The notes beneath the pieces were generated by a model, which saw only the letters and a program-made list of their open reading frames with translations, did not search any database and had not been told where the DNA came from. From positions 682,001 through 746,000 of the forward strand of contig QPGO01000002.1 of the NCBI GenBank assembly GCA_008632985.1: a DNA stretch of 64,000 bases, in the 5' to 3' direction. This DNA is from Psammoneis japonica. Lineage: Eukaryota. Positions 24,641 to 35,924 of this stretch are shown piece by piece. Position 1 is the stretch's first letter; each line of letters begins with the position of its first letter. The position numbers and the translations under genes are program-made.

Positions 24641-25161
24641 GCAAAAAGACAAAACAGCCAACCTCCTGTTCAGAGAGGAAGGAAGCCACGGTTCATGGTA
24701 AAAACTCACCCACATTGCCTTTGTTGGTTCTTTGTCGAGTTGCCGGCGGCATGACGTCGTCGGCAGTCGTTGTCGGTAGTCCGATGCGGTGTTGCGTTCG
24801 GTCGGATGCGTCTTGGAGAAGGAGGAGCGAGCGAGCGAGCGGTCGTTGAACTTTGGGGTTCGCTCCGGTGTTCGCGCGCGTCAGAATTCGAGTGACGCAC
24901 TCGGGCGACGTCACGCGCGCCGGAGCTCGCGGTCGGCGTGGAACGCACGGGTGTTTTTTCAGTACTGCTGACGTGTAGTACCGCGCACGTGGGATCGCAC
25001 GGGGGGTCAGCCCGGGGTCCGGTCAGTCCTGGGTCAGCGCGGTCAGCGCGGGGGAGTACTTTCGGGGATGTGGATGTCAAACGACACACAGTAACGCACC
25101 CGCGGCAGCGTCATTCGGCAGTCGTGCGCTCCTCTTCTGCAATAGAGCCTTCAGATTGGAA

Positions 25162-26697
25162 ATGTATATGGCAAAGACTGATCATAACATGGTAATGGGT
25201 GCCATGGCGGTGGTAACGGCGTTGCTCATCACGTGGGCAGTTTCTCCTATGGAGTCGGCAAAACCATCAGCGGATGATGGCATAATCATTCTTGAAGAAC
25301 GAGATGGCGTAGCTTCAGCGGCATCAGAGGAGGACAGCGATGACGAAGAAGAAGAGTTCACATGTCGACCAGACAACACAACTGATGAGCCTACTCCTGG
25401 TGAATCTTCTTGGACCCGACGAGTCCTCCCGGATGGAAGCGAGGAAGACGTTGGAGACCTTCGACTCGACGACATCAGTCGCCCGGAGGAAGAATGGCCA
25501 ATGATGAACCTTGATACTCCATATTTCTTTTTATCGCACACTGGACGAGATGGTGTGAAAGACGAGATTGCACGCCCGACAAAGTGGTTCCTCGAAAATG
25601 TATTGAATGTGAGAGCCTTTCTGGATGAAAAAGATATCAGTCCGGGACAAACGAAAACTGAAGCTCTCATCGCTCCAGCATACATGTGTACCCATGCACT
25701 GGCGATTCTTTGTCCTTCCTATCGTTCACGCCGTTTCTGCGTCCAGGAACTTAATACGTTTCTCAAACGTTGGCGAAACAAGGATGGAATACGCCTCATT
25801 CCTGCTCTGTGGCGCTTGGGCGATTTGGATGGATATCACCCAGATGTCGACGACCTCACTTGGGTGGCAGGACAGAAAACGAACTATCCAGTGGATTATA
25901 TGGTCCAGGTACTTTGGCCCGCCTTGATCAGTGAGCTCAATCGACCGGAAATGAGCCGGGTGGTCCTCGAAGATTGCTTGTGTCGATATGTTACAGCAAC
26001 TCGCGGAGAGAAAGAGATGCCACACTTTCTCGACCTTTTTGTGGAACGCAAAGGAAAAGATGGCGGTGGTGAGCCATCATCAAAGAAGGACAGCACTGTG
26101 AGCAAACAGTACCTTGGCAATCTCAACACTGCAGCGAATCGGATCAAAGATGCCATGAGCGTATTCAAAACTACAGGTTTTAGCGCTCAGGGAAGACTCA
26201 AGGACAACTTGGACGAGGCCAATTTGAAGATTGTGAACTACATGAAGCAGCTTGACCAGCAGAACCACACTATAGCTGATCTTCTGGTGCAACGCATGAT
26301 GCCCGAATTCGAGCGCTTATTGGACGAACTACTCAACAGAAAGAACATTTCAAACCATGGAGAAGGCTTTGGCAGGAACCACAACCGACCTGCTGAGCGC
26401 CGTAGCAAGTCGCCAAAAGATGTTATCCCTCCGGAGCTTGAGTGCCCATTGTCACTTGAGATCATGGAAGATCCAGTTATCCTTGTCCAATCTGGGATAA
26501 CATATGATCGGCGATTCATCTGCGAGTCCCTACTACACCACCCGAATCTTGATCCGTTTTTGAATGTTCGCTATACCGAAAAGTTGCAGTATGTGGAAAA
26601 TATCGCGGTACGGCAGTTGCTCACCCGCAAGCTGGGAGCGGCGGCGTATTGTCGCTTCGACGACAGCATGTTTCTCTCGGTCTACGAAGTGGTCTGA
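25162..26697 (+). CDS. Membrane-anchored TIR-domain / U-box protein
   Basis: N-terminal hydrophobic helix; TIR-like FFLSHTG..., AFLDEKDISPG, ALAILCPSY.SRRFCVQEL, LIPALW; coiled coil; U-box IPPELECPLSLEIMEDPVILVQSGITYDR. Intact and intronless, with normal TA/CG content. Confidence 0.85.
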   Translation: MYMAKTDHNMVMGAMAVVTALLITWAVSPMESAKPSADDGIIILEERDGVASAASEEDSDDEEEEFTCRPDNTTDEPTPGESSWTRRVLPDGSEEDVGDLRLDDISRPEEEWPMMNLDTPYFFLSHTGRDGVKDEIARPTKWFLENVLNVRAFLDEKDISPGQTKTEALIAPAYMCTHALAILCPSYRSRRFCVQELNTFLKRWRNKDGIRLIPALWRLGDLDGYHPDVDDLTWVAGQKTNYPVDYMVQVLWPALISELNRPEMSRVVLEDCLCRYVTATRGEKEMPHFLDLFVERKGKDGGGEPSSKKDSTVSKQYLGNLNTAANRIKDAMSVFKTTGFSAQGRLKDNLDEANLKIVNYMKQLDQQNHTIADLLVQRMMPEFERLLDELLNRKNISNHGEGFGRNHNRPAERRSKSPKDVIPPELECPLSLEIMEDPVILVQSGITYDRRFICESLLHHPNLDPFLNVRYTEKLQYVENIAVRQLLTRKLGAAAYCRFDDSMFLSVYEVV

Positions 26698-27019
26698 AAT
26701 CTTCATGACAATACTGAAAGAGGTGACAATGCGCCTGGGGATGGAAGCTGTGAATAAGTCAAGGTATACTTATTGGACTTTGCTTTGTATGCTCTGCAAA
26801 AAAGAGAATAAGGAACCCCCGCCTAGTTGTGTCAACCATCATGCGGGTCTAGCTAGTAGACTATCTTCGTTACCAGGTTGAGAACGGCTACTGTAGGTTC
26901 CGTCGCTACTACGTAGTATGTCAAGCTGAGGGAATGCGTACACGTACGTAAAGCGCAAAATTACGACATCAACGAAAAGTTTCTCTGCCCTCTCTCCTGT
27001 CCCCGCTAACTAGCCTCCC

Positions 27020-30000
27020 TCTTCACTCCTTCTCCCGGCGCTTCCAGAGCTCTCGCCTTGCTTCTGATGCCTGCGTCATTGCCGCCCAGCGCAAACTCCA
27101 TCTCCCCATCTTTCCTCCTTCCCTTGTTGGCACGCCCTGTTGCCTGTGGTCACGCCATCCTCGACGCTTGTGGTGATCATGCCTTCTCTTGCCGGCAAGG
27201 CCACAAATCTAAACTCTCTGATGGCCTCTGGGACACTCTCTTTGTGGCCCAGACCTTGGGGCCCCTTGCCCAGCTCTGTCATTCCTCCAATGATGTTCAC
27301 CTTGAGCCAGTGAATCTGCTTCCCAACCATCTGCTTCTCTGCCAATGTTGGCATTTCTGTGCCGCCCCCCAGCTTCTCTTTCTGCTCCCTCCTGCTGCCA
27401 CTGCCTTTCCATCAATGTCACCACTTCCCCAGCTCCTTTTTGCCCTCCTCCTGCTGGTCTGCCCACTCCTTCTCCTGTTTCAACTGAGGCACACCATTTG
27501 AGCATGAGACCAAAGTTCCTTGGACCTTCTGCTTCCTCCACTGATGGATCCCATGTTGTTGGTCTCAGCTTCTTCTCTTTGGCTCTTCACTCTCCTCCAC
27601 CTGCTCCCAGTGCAAGCCTCCCTGCCCCTCAAGTTCTGACATTTGCCACTCCAATGCTTCCTGTTCTGCCTTTCTCTGTGCCCCAACATCTCCATCTGTC
27701 TTTCTTCCTTCTGCTGATTTTGCAAAGAACAGCCTTTCCAGCAACCCTTTTGGCAGCCAGCACATGCCACTCCACCTCTCCTTGTCCCAGTGGGCCATCC
27801 AAAAACTTGGCAGATTTCATGTGCTGGTTTGTCCAGTCAAAAAGTCTCTGCAATTGCTCAACGTTCCTTCACAAGAGCAGTTTCATCACCAAAGCCAACT
27901 TTGTGGTGCAGATTCAGAGCATTGCTGCATCCATTGTGGAAACTCTTTTCCTCACTCACATTGTGCTTGAAAGAGGCAACAACCACTGCTGGTGCAGCTG
28001 GTCTTTTCTGAATGCTTGCGACCAAAGACATTTGAACAAGTGGCAAACAATCTTTTGCAAGTGGTCAACACCGACGCAAAAGTTAAGTCTGGAAATGCAG
28101 CAAAGAACATGCTGCAGGAAGGCCGGGGTGCTGTCAGGGACCTTGTGAAAGACAAGGCCAGTGGTTGGAAAAAACCGCCCTTTGTTCTGAGCAGGTGGAA
28201 GATCTGATGTGCAGCACATTTTTGAAGACTTGCAAAAATCTCAATTGCCTGAAGATGAAAAATTTGGCAATCATCTGCTTGAGGGTTTGCAACTTGATGT
28301 GCAGGCACCCAATGCCAAAGGAAAGAGAAAAGTTTGCCTCTTCCACGTGCATTGGTGTGTCTGGGAAGTGTCAAAATCAGAGCATTTCTGGATCTGCCAA
28401 AGGTTGGCATTTTGTCCTTCCCCAGCACCTGGCTGCATTTCTGTTTTCACACCCTTTCGTTGCTGTCATTGTTGCTTGAAATCAAGATCTCTTGCTCCCT
28501 TCAAAAGAAAGAAGGACATGGAAGAGCCCTCTCATCTTTGCTCTTGGGATCCTGACATCCGTCCCAATGCCAAATTTCCCCCACTTGGTCAACTTCTGTG
28601 GGACCTGGATGATGATGACATTGATGTTTTGCCTGTTGCTGGTCATGAGTCCAGCCCCAGCACCGCAGTTTGTCATCACACAACAAGTCCACCCTCCATT
28701 TCTTTGAACGACTGGGAAAATCATTTCCCGCCAGAGCACCAATGTCCCATCCCAAGCTTGTGAGAAATTGCCAGTGTCACTTCTTGTGTTCATGTGTTTT
28801 GCAATGGAGTGGACAAAGACGGCAAAATTGATGAGGACACAAATGACCGTGAGCTCATTCACTCCCTGTTTGATTTCCACTTGCTGTTGGATCTCTGTTC
28901 ATTGTTGAAACATTCCTTTGAGTCAGCCCAGCCTCTCCCCAATCCAATTTGGCATTCTCGCGAATTGAGCGTGGTTCCTCCATGAGCAACAAAGACTTCA
29001 TCTCATCAAACCACACTCCATTCCAATGACAAGCTGTTTGAAAAGCGTTTTTTCAGGGCTGAAAGTTCAATCTCAGCACATTGGCTCATTGTTGGATCCA
29101 ACAGTGCACCAGAGCTGTCTCCTTTGAATGGCTTTGGCATGTTTGATGTGGCGGATGATGTGGAATTTGTTCTTCAAGCAAAGGCCATGTTGGCTGGCAC
29201 CTTTGATTGCATGCAGTGCTTTCAGGATGAAACGCACATTGAATGCTTTGATCTGCCATTTTCCTGCAGCAACAAGGAGCAGACTAAAAAGTTTGGCCAA
29301 CCAGCATGGGAGAAACTCGGTGCTGAATGCTGCAAAAACAAGCTCTGCATGGTCCAGCTAAAAAAAAAATGAGCCAAGGTGGCAGGACATGTGAGCACAA
29401 AGATGACTCAGACTGCTGCTGGTTCATGTGCAATGACACTGGATGTCTTTGCTTGTTTGGCAAGGATTGAAATGTTGGCCAACAGCCGTGGCAAGGTGGG
29501 AAATTGCCAACAAATTGGAACATCAGTTCTTGTGGCATGGGTTGGCATTTTTGCATGTGCCATCAACTGCAATTGCAGCCGGTTCATCAGGGATTGCTCA
29601 GGTCCAGCTCGTCTCCACAAGGGTGATTTTTCCTGTTGCTGCCCTGACAATTTCTTCCTTGATGATGGTTGCCCATGAGAGTCAGTCTCCTTGCAATCAA
29701 AGGGTGGCACAATGCAGAATGCCATGGTGTTCCCTGCTTTGGTTGCACAGAATCTTTGGCTGTCTGCAGCCAAGACCCCCACTTGCAACATTCAGGATGA
29801 ATTGGGCATTTGCGGTTGTGTGCAGCTGGCAACAATGGCTGGCCACCACACAGGCTTAAAACGCTTTTTCTGCACCTGCACCAAACACTCAATCCATCCC
29901 CAGAAATGGCTGCTCTTGTTTGTTTCTGCAATGCCACGACTGTTTTTGGAATGGCTGCTGGGGACATTGGCATGACCCTTGTTGCATGAACCCAAGCAAG

Positions 30001-33000
30001 TGTGATTTCATCACCATTCACTGTGATGATGTCCATGACAAGGACATTGTTGATGATGAAGTTGTTGGTTGTTCTCTGGTGGATGACAGGAAACACTGGC
30101 ACACTTCCATTGATAAATCAAGCAAAATTCCTCCTGGCCAGAGGCAATGAATCAAAGCCCCAAACAATGATGATTGCCAGTGGGTGACATCCAGTGAAGA
30201 GCTGGAAAACTTGGTTGCAAACCAAGTGATGGAGATGATGACAACAGATGTGATTGCCCTGCTGAAGTGGATCAATGCTGGCACAGGCACTCCAAACTGC
30301 CATCATTTCTAAATTGAAAAAAAAACTTTGCAAAATGTGTGCTGGTTGGCCTCATGAAACCAACATCAACAAATTCTGTGCAACAATCATTCTGCAGATG
30401 CTCATTGGATGTGGTGCAATTGTTTTGAGACACAAAGATCTGAAAAACTAAGTTTGTCCCATGGTGAAGCTTGGCACCTCAAAGCAACTCACTCACCTTC
30501 CAAACAATGAAAGGGCCCAAGTGTCAGAGAGATTCTTGTTCAAAATTTTGGCATCCCAGAGACAACTGCAAGGAGTGCATCACCTGTGAAAGCCACAAGA
30601 AGAGAGCCAAAGAACTGGTCAAGGAACATTTTGTAAAAAGTCAACATCTCTTTCCCTCACAGACATGGATGGTGTTCCTGACATCAATCGCTGTGGTGGG
30701 TGCCACTGTGAGACAACACCAGTGCTTTTAGAATCACCTGTGCCAATGGCCCCAGTGTGGTGCAGGATTTTGATGTTGCCAATGATTCCATCCAGCATGG
30801 AGACCCTGCCAAGGGAACAATTTTGAGGCCAGCAGGATGGGGGTGAGCAGACACAGGACCACAGTGCCGATGACCAGGCTGCTTGCTTTGGGGGCACTGA
30901 CGCTGATGCTGATGCTGCCAACAGCAACGTGTGTGGAATTGGCAACACTCACGAGGATGATTTCAGCAATGATGTTGGGGCCAGTGGGATTGGGGACAAT
31001 CCTGGGGATGCTTTTACTTTGGAGGAAGCATCAACCAATGAAGAACGATGTCACAAAGCAGACACACCAGCCATGACAACACACGGTTCCCTGGTGCAGG
31101 TTGCAAGGTGCTGATCTTGACAATGCTGCACAGGAGGTGCAGCGCCAAGGACAATTGGTTTTGGCAAAAGAAGCAATTGTTCAACCACCACCCAAGACCA
31201 ATGTCAAGGTCTTTTTCTTGTGCATGATGCAGGCAGAAGACATCGACATGGTGTCACACCACCAAAACATTCTTCATGACACCAATGGTCATTTGTTTGG
31301 CTGCAATGCAAAGCTGCAATCAGACGCAGCCAGGCCACTGGCATGTCAGCAATTGTTGCATGACTGCAGTCAATCTGAAGCCAAAGAGTGCCAATTTTGC
31401 ACAGTCTCCCTTGGCAACAGTCATGACAAACAACATGCAAACTGCAATCTTTGTGGCCCACACTTTGTGGATGAGGGTTGGTTGAGTGACAAATTTGGCA
31501 AAAAGGTTCTTCAGCCAGACAATGCCAGATTCGGCATTGGCGATGAAAGAAGGTGGAGCCTTGTTTGTTCTTTTTAACATTGAGACTTTTCTTGGTTGTG
31601 CAGAGCACAAAGACAGAATCAACAAAGTGCTCCAGATGATTGTGCAGTTTCATGTGTTCCCAGTCTCCCAGTTTGAGTTGCTTTCCACTTTTGAAGGAAA
31701 CAGATGCTTTGGCTCCATTTCTTCCTTGTTGAATTGTCCAGCAACCCTGACGCTGGGGTGGTCAAGGATGCAATCATCATTTGCACCCCACAACAGAAAT
31801 GCAAGGTTGTCCGTGTGATGCTCCATTCTTTTGCAGCCCACCAATGTTCCATCAGAGTGTGCAACATTCTCAACAAGGGCATGCTGGCTGCATGCACAAT
31901 GCAGTCATGCCAACATCCACACATGCAGAAGATTTGATGGTGAATGGGAACTCCCTTTGCTTGTTCCACCCACTTGCACAGGTCTCTGAGTGTCTTCATT
32001 CTGTCCCAGACAAACAAAGGCCATTCATCAGCTGCCAGATTCCTTGGGATGAATTTCAATGGATGATGCATTGACATGACAAAGTTGCTTTCTGCCTTGT
32101 TGTTCATCATTGTGTTGATGCTGTTTGTGTCTGACATGTGTGTTGAAGTGCAGTGAAGCAGAGATGTGACCTGATGCATGCAGTGGGTTGTCTGGGTGGA
32201 TGGTTGGATGGCTGTGATGTGATGACTGTCATTGCAGATGGCAACATGAGCAGCAACGCAGATGTTTCATGTCACATGCCCAAATGACTGGCATGGATGT
32301 TGACCCAGTGGACAACTCAGTTGTGCTTGGGGCAGCAGTGGGGGGGGGGAGTGAACCATGGGCAAAGAATCAAATTGAAGGGGGGGATGACATCCATTGA
32401 CACAAACAAAAAAAATCATTGGAGGTGAGTCAACTGATTGGATTGCACACCAGATCATTGAGCGGGTTGAGCAGAAAACTGATGCTTGGGTCATGATGTT
32501 TGCACAAGCAGGGAAATCCAGGCTGCAATGGCAAACAGCCAGGAAGCAATGTGTGCACAACCTGTCTGCACCAGGAGGAAACAAACCACACAAAAAACAT
32601 TGCAAAGAAATGGAAACCATGGTGCAGAGGCAGATCAGTCCAGCAGAGCAGATGGACAACAATGAGAAGGTGGGCAGAGACACAGTCAAGGTGAGAGAGC
32701 ATGTCAAAGAAAAGGTGTTTCCACATGTCATGTTCATGTTTGATGCAAAGCAATTGGAGGGGGAACAGGCATGCTGCAAATGCCAACAAATGTGGGCTGA
32801 TGCTGATGGATGGAGTGCCAGCGGACCTGCTGGGAGTGGAGCAAAAAACACACCTGTGTTTCCTGTAGATGAAAGTGAAACAAAAGAGATTGTGCCAGGA
32901 TTGGCTGGCTGTGAAGAGATCCAATGTGTGTCAGTCACAGCAGGACAAATTTCACAGCAAGTGCTGTTGCTGAGGATTGTCATGGATGAGGGGACAACAA

Positions 33001-34920
33001 ACAAATGTCAGGAACATGTTGTTGCTGATGATGCAGTGCTTTGTGCACTGCTGCAACAAGAACAACTGCATCTTGCCTTTGCTGGAATGACCCCAAGTTC
33101 AATTGTTGAATCCAACATTGCAGACACAGTGTTCTGCAACCATTTGTTGTGACTGGCCATGGGAGATGTTTGTTGGAAGAAGAGCCTCTCAGACAATGCA
33201 AGGTTGGGCAAGTCATGTGCCAAGGCATTTGCCCACATGCTCCTGAAGAACAATGTTTTGGTGCACAAGTGTTTGATGTCAGACTGCAATGTGGAGCTCA
33301 ACAACCAAGGAAAACCAGCCAGAAGGGAAGAATTGTGTGAGATCATGATGCCCACCAATGTCACTGTTGCCAAACAAGAAGATGCAAATGGATCAAGCTC
33401 ATTTGCCATTTTGGAAAAAGATCCTCAAGAGCCCACAGAGCAATGTGCAGTCAAGGAAATGGCAAACACATTCAAGGAGGTGTGTGGGAGAAGTCCCTTG
33501 ACAGCTGCAATGAATGCATCAAGAAGGTGAGAATGGAGCAAACAACACAGGAGCAATTGTCTGTTTTGATGCAGGTCACAAGACCAAGCCAGAAAGCAAG
33601 AACAAGAACCTGCCCAGCAGGGAACGTGGCACTGAGAAGAGACAGTGCATGAGACACCTGAAGCACTTCACACAGTGGGGGAATTCCAAGAACAGGGTGG
33701 AAGAAGGTGAGCCCAGGAGACAGTGCAAGATGCCAAGGAAGTGCAAAGGATGGTCACCAAGAGCAAACAAGTTTTTTTGAGAAACTGGTGAAGGAAATCA
33801 AACAAGACATTGCAAGCAAATGACTGGGCTGATGGGAGGATTTGCACAGGAAGATTGTGGCGGGGTGCAACAAGAAAGTGGAGGAAGACAATGATGGTTC
33901 GGGGGGACAAGGGTGACCGCATGGTGAGCTGTGCCAAGACATGCAAACTGGAGTTGACACCAGTTTGGCAGACAATGTGTGAAGTGCAGTTGACGGCATG
34001 GCATTGCAAACAACATTGCAGAGTGAATCTAAATTGCAAAACTGAGTTCAAGTGTGCCAACTGGCAAGCAAATTGGAAGGACACAGCACAAAATGGCCAG
34101 TTGGGAAATGAGTCACCCTCCATCCATTGTCAGTCAGTTGTCAAAAGTCATCAAATTGAACATCATGCTTGAGTTGACTGCCTGCAATGCAACAAACTTG
34201 TTGAGGGACTTTTGTTCATTCTCAAGCCACAGTTGTTTGTCACAAGTCACAAACAACTGTGGTTCATGATTGATCTGACTTGTTTGGTCACAAATGAATT
34301 GACATGCTCGTGCTCATGCTCACACATGTTGGGACAGACTGAGGCCTGGTCATCTGCGGATGCAAGGATTCATTGGTTGGGGCCCCTGGTGTGCACTCTT
34401 CTGCTGCTGCAGGTGCTTCTGTGCCCCCCTCTGCTGTTCCCCTCCACTCTCAACAGGCTCCTCAACTGTGTGCTCATTTTGAAAGAAGAGTGGCATCATG
34501 ATGAAATTTTTGTTTTCTGTGCTTCACATGTGACAGGATTTTGTTTCTTTTGAGTGCTGCAATGCTCTGTTCCACACACCATCGGCGATGTGCTGCTCTG
34601 ACTTTTTGTCAGAAAAAAAGCCAAACTTCAAAATTGCCTTTCACTTGACAGAGTTTTGAACACCGGTGTGTTCTGACACATCAAAGAGTCTCTTTCAACT
34701 TGCACTCTGACGTGACCATTTGCGCTGTTTTTGATTCGAACACACTTTGAAGATCCAAGAACAATGCGGCGCAGGCGGAAATTGCTGGTGCAGGGAGGAG
34801 TGCACACATGCAGTGCTGCTGGTGTGACACAGAATGATGATGATTGATGGTTTCAACCGCAGTGATGCTGTCAAGAGTTGTCATCTCCTGCCATGAATGC
34901 ATGCATCATTTTTTAGCAAG
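27020..34920. other. TpA/CpG-depleted, hypermutated repeat domain II
   Basis: Same composition as domain I; rare surviving TA, mostly in TTA/TAA. Confidence 0.9.
27058..27450 (+). mobile_element. Remnant C-terminus of a restriction-like-endonuclease (CRE-type) non-LTR retrotransposon
   Basis: Zn-finger-like ACG..LDACGDHAFSC...K..LSDGLWD followed by a degenerate PA(D)VG-like segment; heavily decayed. Confidence 0.5.
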
Positions 34921-35001
34921 TCTCTAACCGTCCAAAGTCGTCGGTTTTGCGGCCGAAACTTTCGGTTTTGGGCATGCTTGCTTTTCTGCCAGAGCGATCC
35001 G

Positions 35002-35042
35002 TCCATCCATCCATCCATCCATCCATCCATCCAGCCATCCAT
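35002..35042. repeat. (TCCA)n microsatellite
   Basis: About 10 tcca units at the right edge of the depleted domain. Confidence 0.95.
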
Positions 35043-35219
35043 GGACGACACTGACGTCATCGCGGCCTGATTGCCGCCGACATCAAACTCACCGAAACGA
35101 AAGCCGCCGCGTCTTTGATGGATTCCCAGGATTTCGGTGTGAGGTGTGATTGAATACGAGGAACAGCGGAATCCCTGAAAAATTCATTGCTTCATCTTTC
35201 AACACATCATCAGACAGCC

Positions 35220-35765
35220 ATGATGAAGACAATGGCTCTAACGCTGATGACTCTGGCTGCAGGAGTGGCAGCTTTTTCCCCCGCGACTGGATTCCATGCT
35301 GCATTCCATGGCAACCATGCCGGTTTTTCATCAACAAGGATCCAAATGTCAAAGTTTGACGTGATGGTAGACATGCCGCCTTCCACTTCTGATCTGAAGG
35401 CTCAGCTCAATTTTGATTCCGCTATTGATGGACCAAGCGAGATTGTACAGGTCCGATACAAGCTTCCGTTTGGCCTGGACGTTGCGCCGAAAAACAATCT
35501 GGCTGTCTGTACCAAGGATGGTCCAGGCGGAGAAAAGGTTGGCGATATTCTTCGGTTTACTTCCATGTGGTCCATGGGATTGCCCAGAGGCGATGGTATT
35601 TTGACTACTGCGGCATCCTTTTCGGGAGGAGTATCCTGGCAGTGTTCACTTTTTGATGTTTTAAAAGCTAAATCGTGGGATGAGGTTGTCGAGGCGCTAA
35701 CGAGCAATGTGGATAGCAGGACCGACGAGGTACTCCTCATCTTTGAACGACCTCTTGATGAATAG
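35220..35765 (+). CDS. Plastid-targeted protein of unknown function
   Basis: Bipartite presequence MMKTMALTLMTLAAGVAA-FSP (ASAFAP-type cleavage motif); intact ORF. Confidence 0.8.
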   Translation: MMKTMALTLMTLAAGVAAFSPATGFHAAFHGNHAGFSSTRIQMSKFDVMVDMPPSTSDLKAQLNFDSAIDGPSEIVQVRYKLPFGLDVAPKNNLAVCTKDGPGGEKVGDILRFTSMWSMGLPRGDGILTTAASFSGGVSWQCSLFDVLKAKSWDEVVEALTSNVDSRTDEVLLIFERPLDE

Positions 35766-35924
35766 TCTTGCTACTTGTTAAATTCATCACACATCGTAAC
35801 AAAAAATGCTACCGCGCTGCTACTTCCTTTTAACACACTGACTTCCAAAACTAACACTTCTACAAACATCACAACATACAACTCCGCGCGGGCGATCCAA
35901 AACAATGGCGTTGTATTGCGCAGT

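Larger units (their letters stand above)
6026..24950. other. TpA/CpG-depleted, hypermutated repeat domain I
   Basis: No TA seen in 6026-7262 or 18580-20164; large TG/CA excess; ORFs nearly lack Tyr and are rich in Cys, His, Trp and Gln. Confidence 0.92.

Noticed and set aside
31900..32070. Ubiquitin-like pseudogene (TLRDL...KGVPIHHQIF) on the minus strand
   Set aside because: The resemblance is short and the sequence too mutated to support a call.
6094..34902. Hundreds of 60-250 aa Cys/His-rich ORFs as real genes or metal-binding proteins
   Set aside because: They overlap in all frames, lack Tyr and arise from loss of TAA/TAG codons. Only those with TE motifs and the TIR-U-box gene were kept.
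6026..34920. Classical RIP, or simple CpG methylation decay, as the full explanation
   Set aside because: RIP increases TpA, and 5mC deamination cannot remove TpA. Conserved motifs show TA is the ancestral state.
6026..34920. Alternative genetic code or codon avoidance by an integrated virus
   Set aside because: The depletion is frame-independent, covers unrelated elements and non-coding DNA, and destroys catalytic residues.
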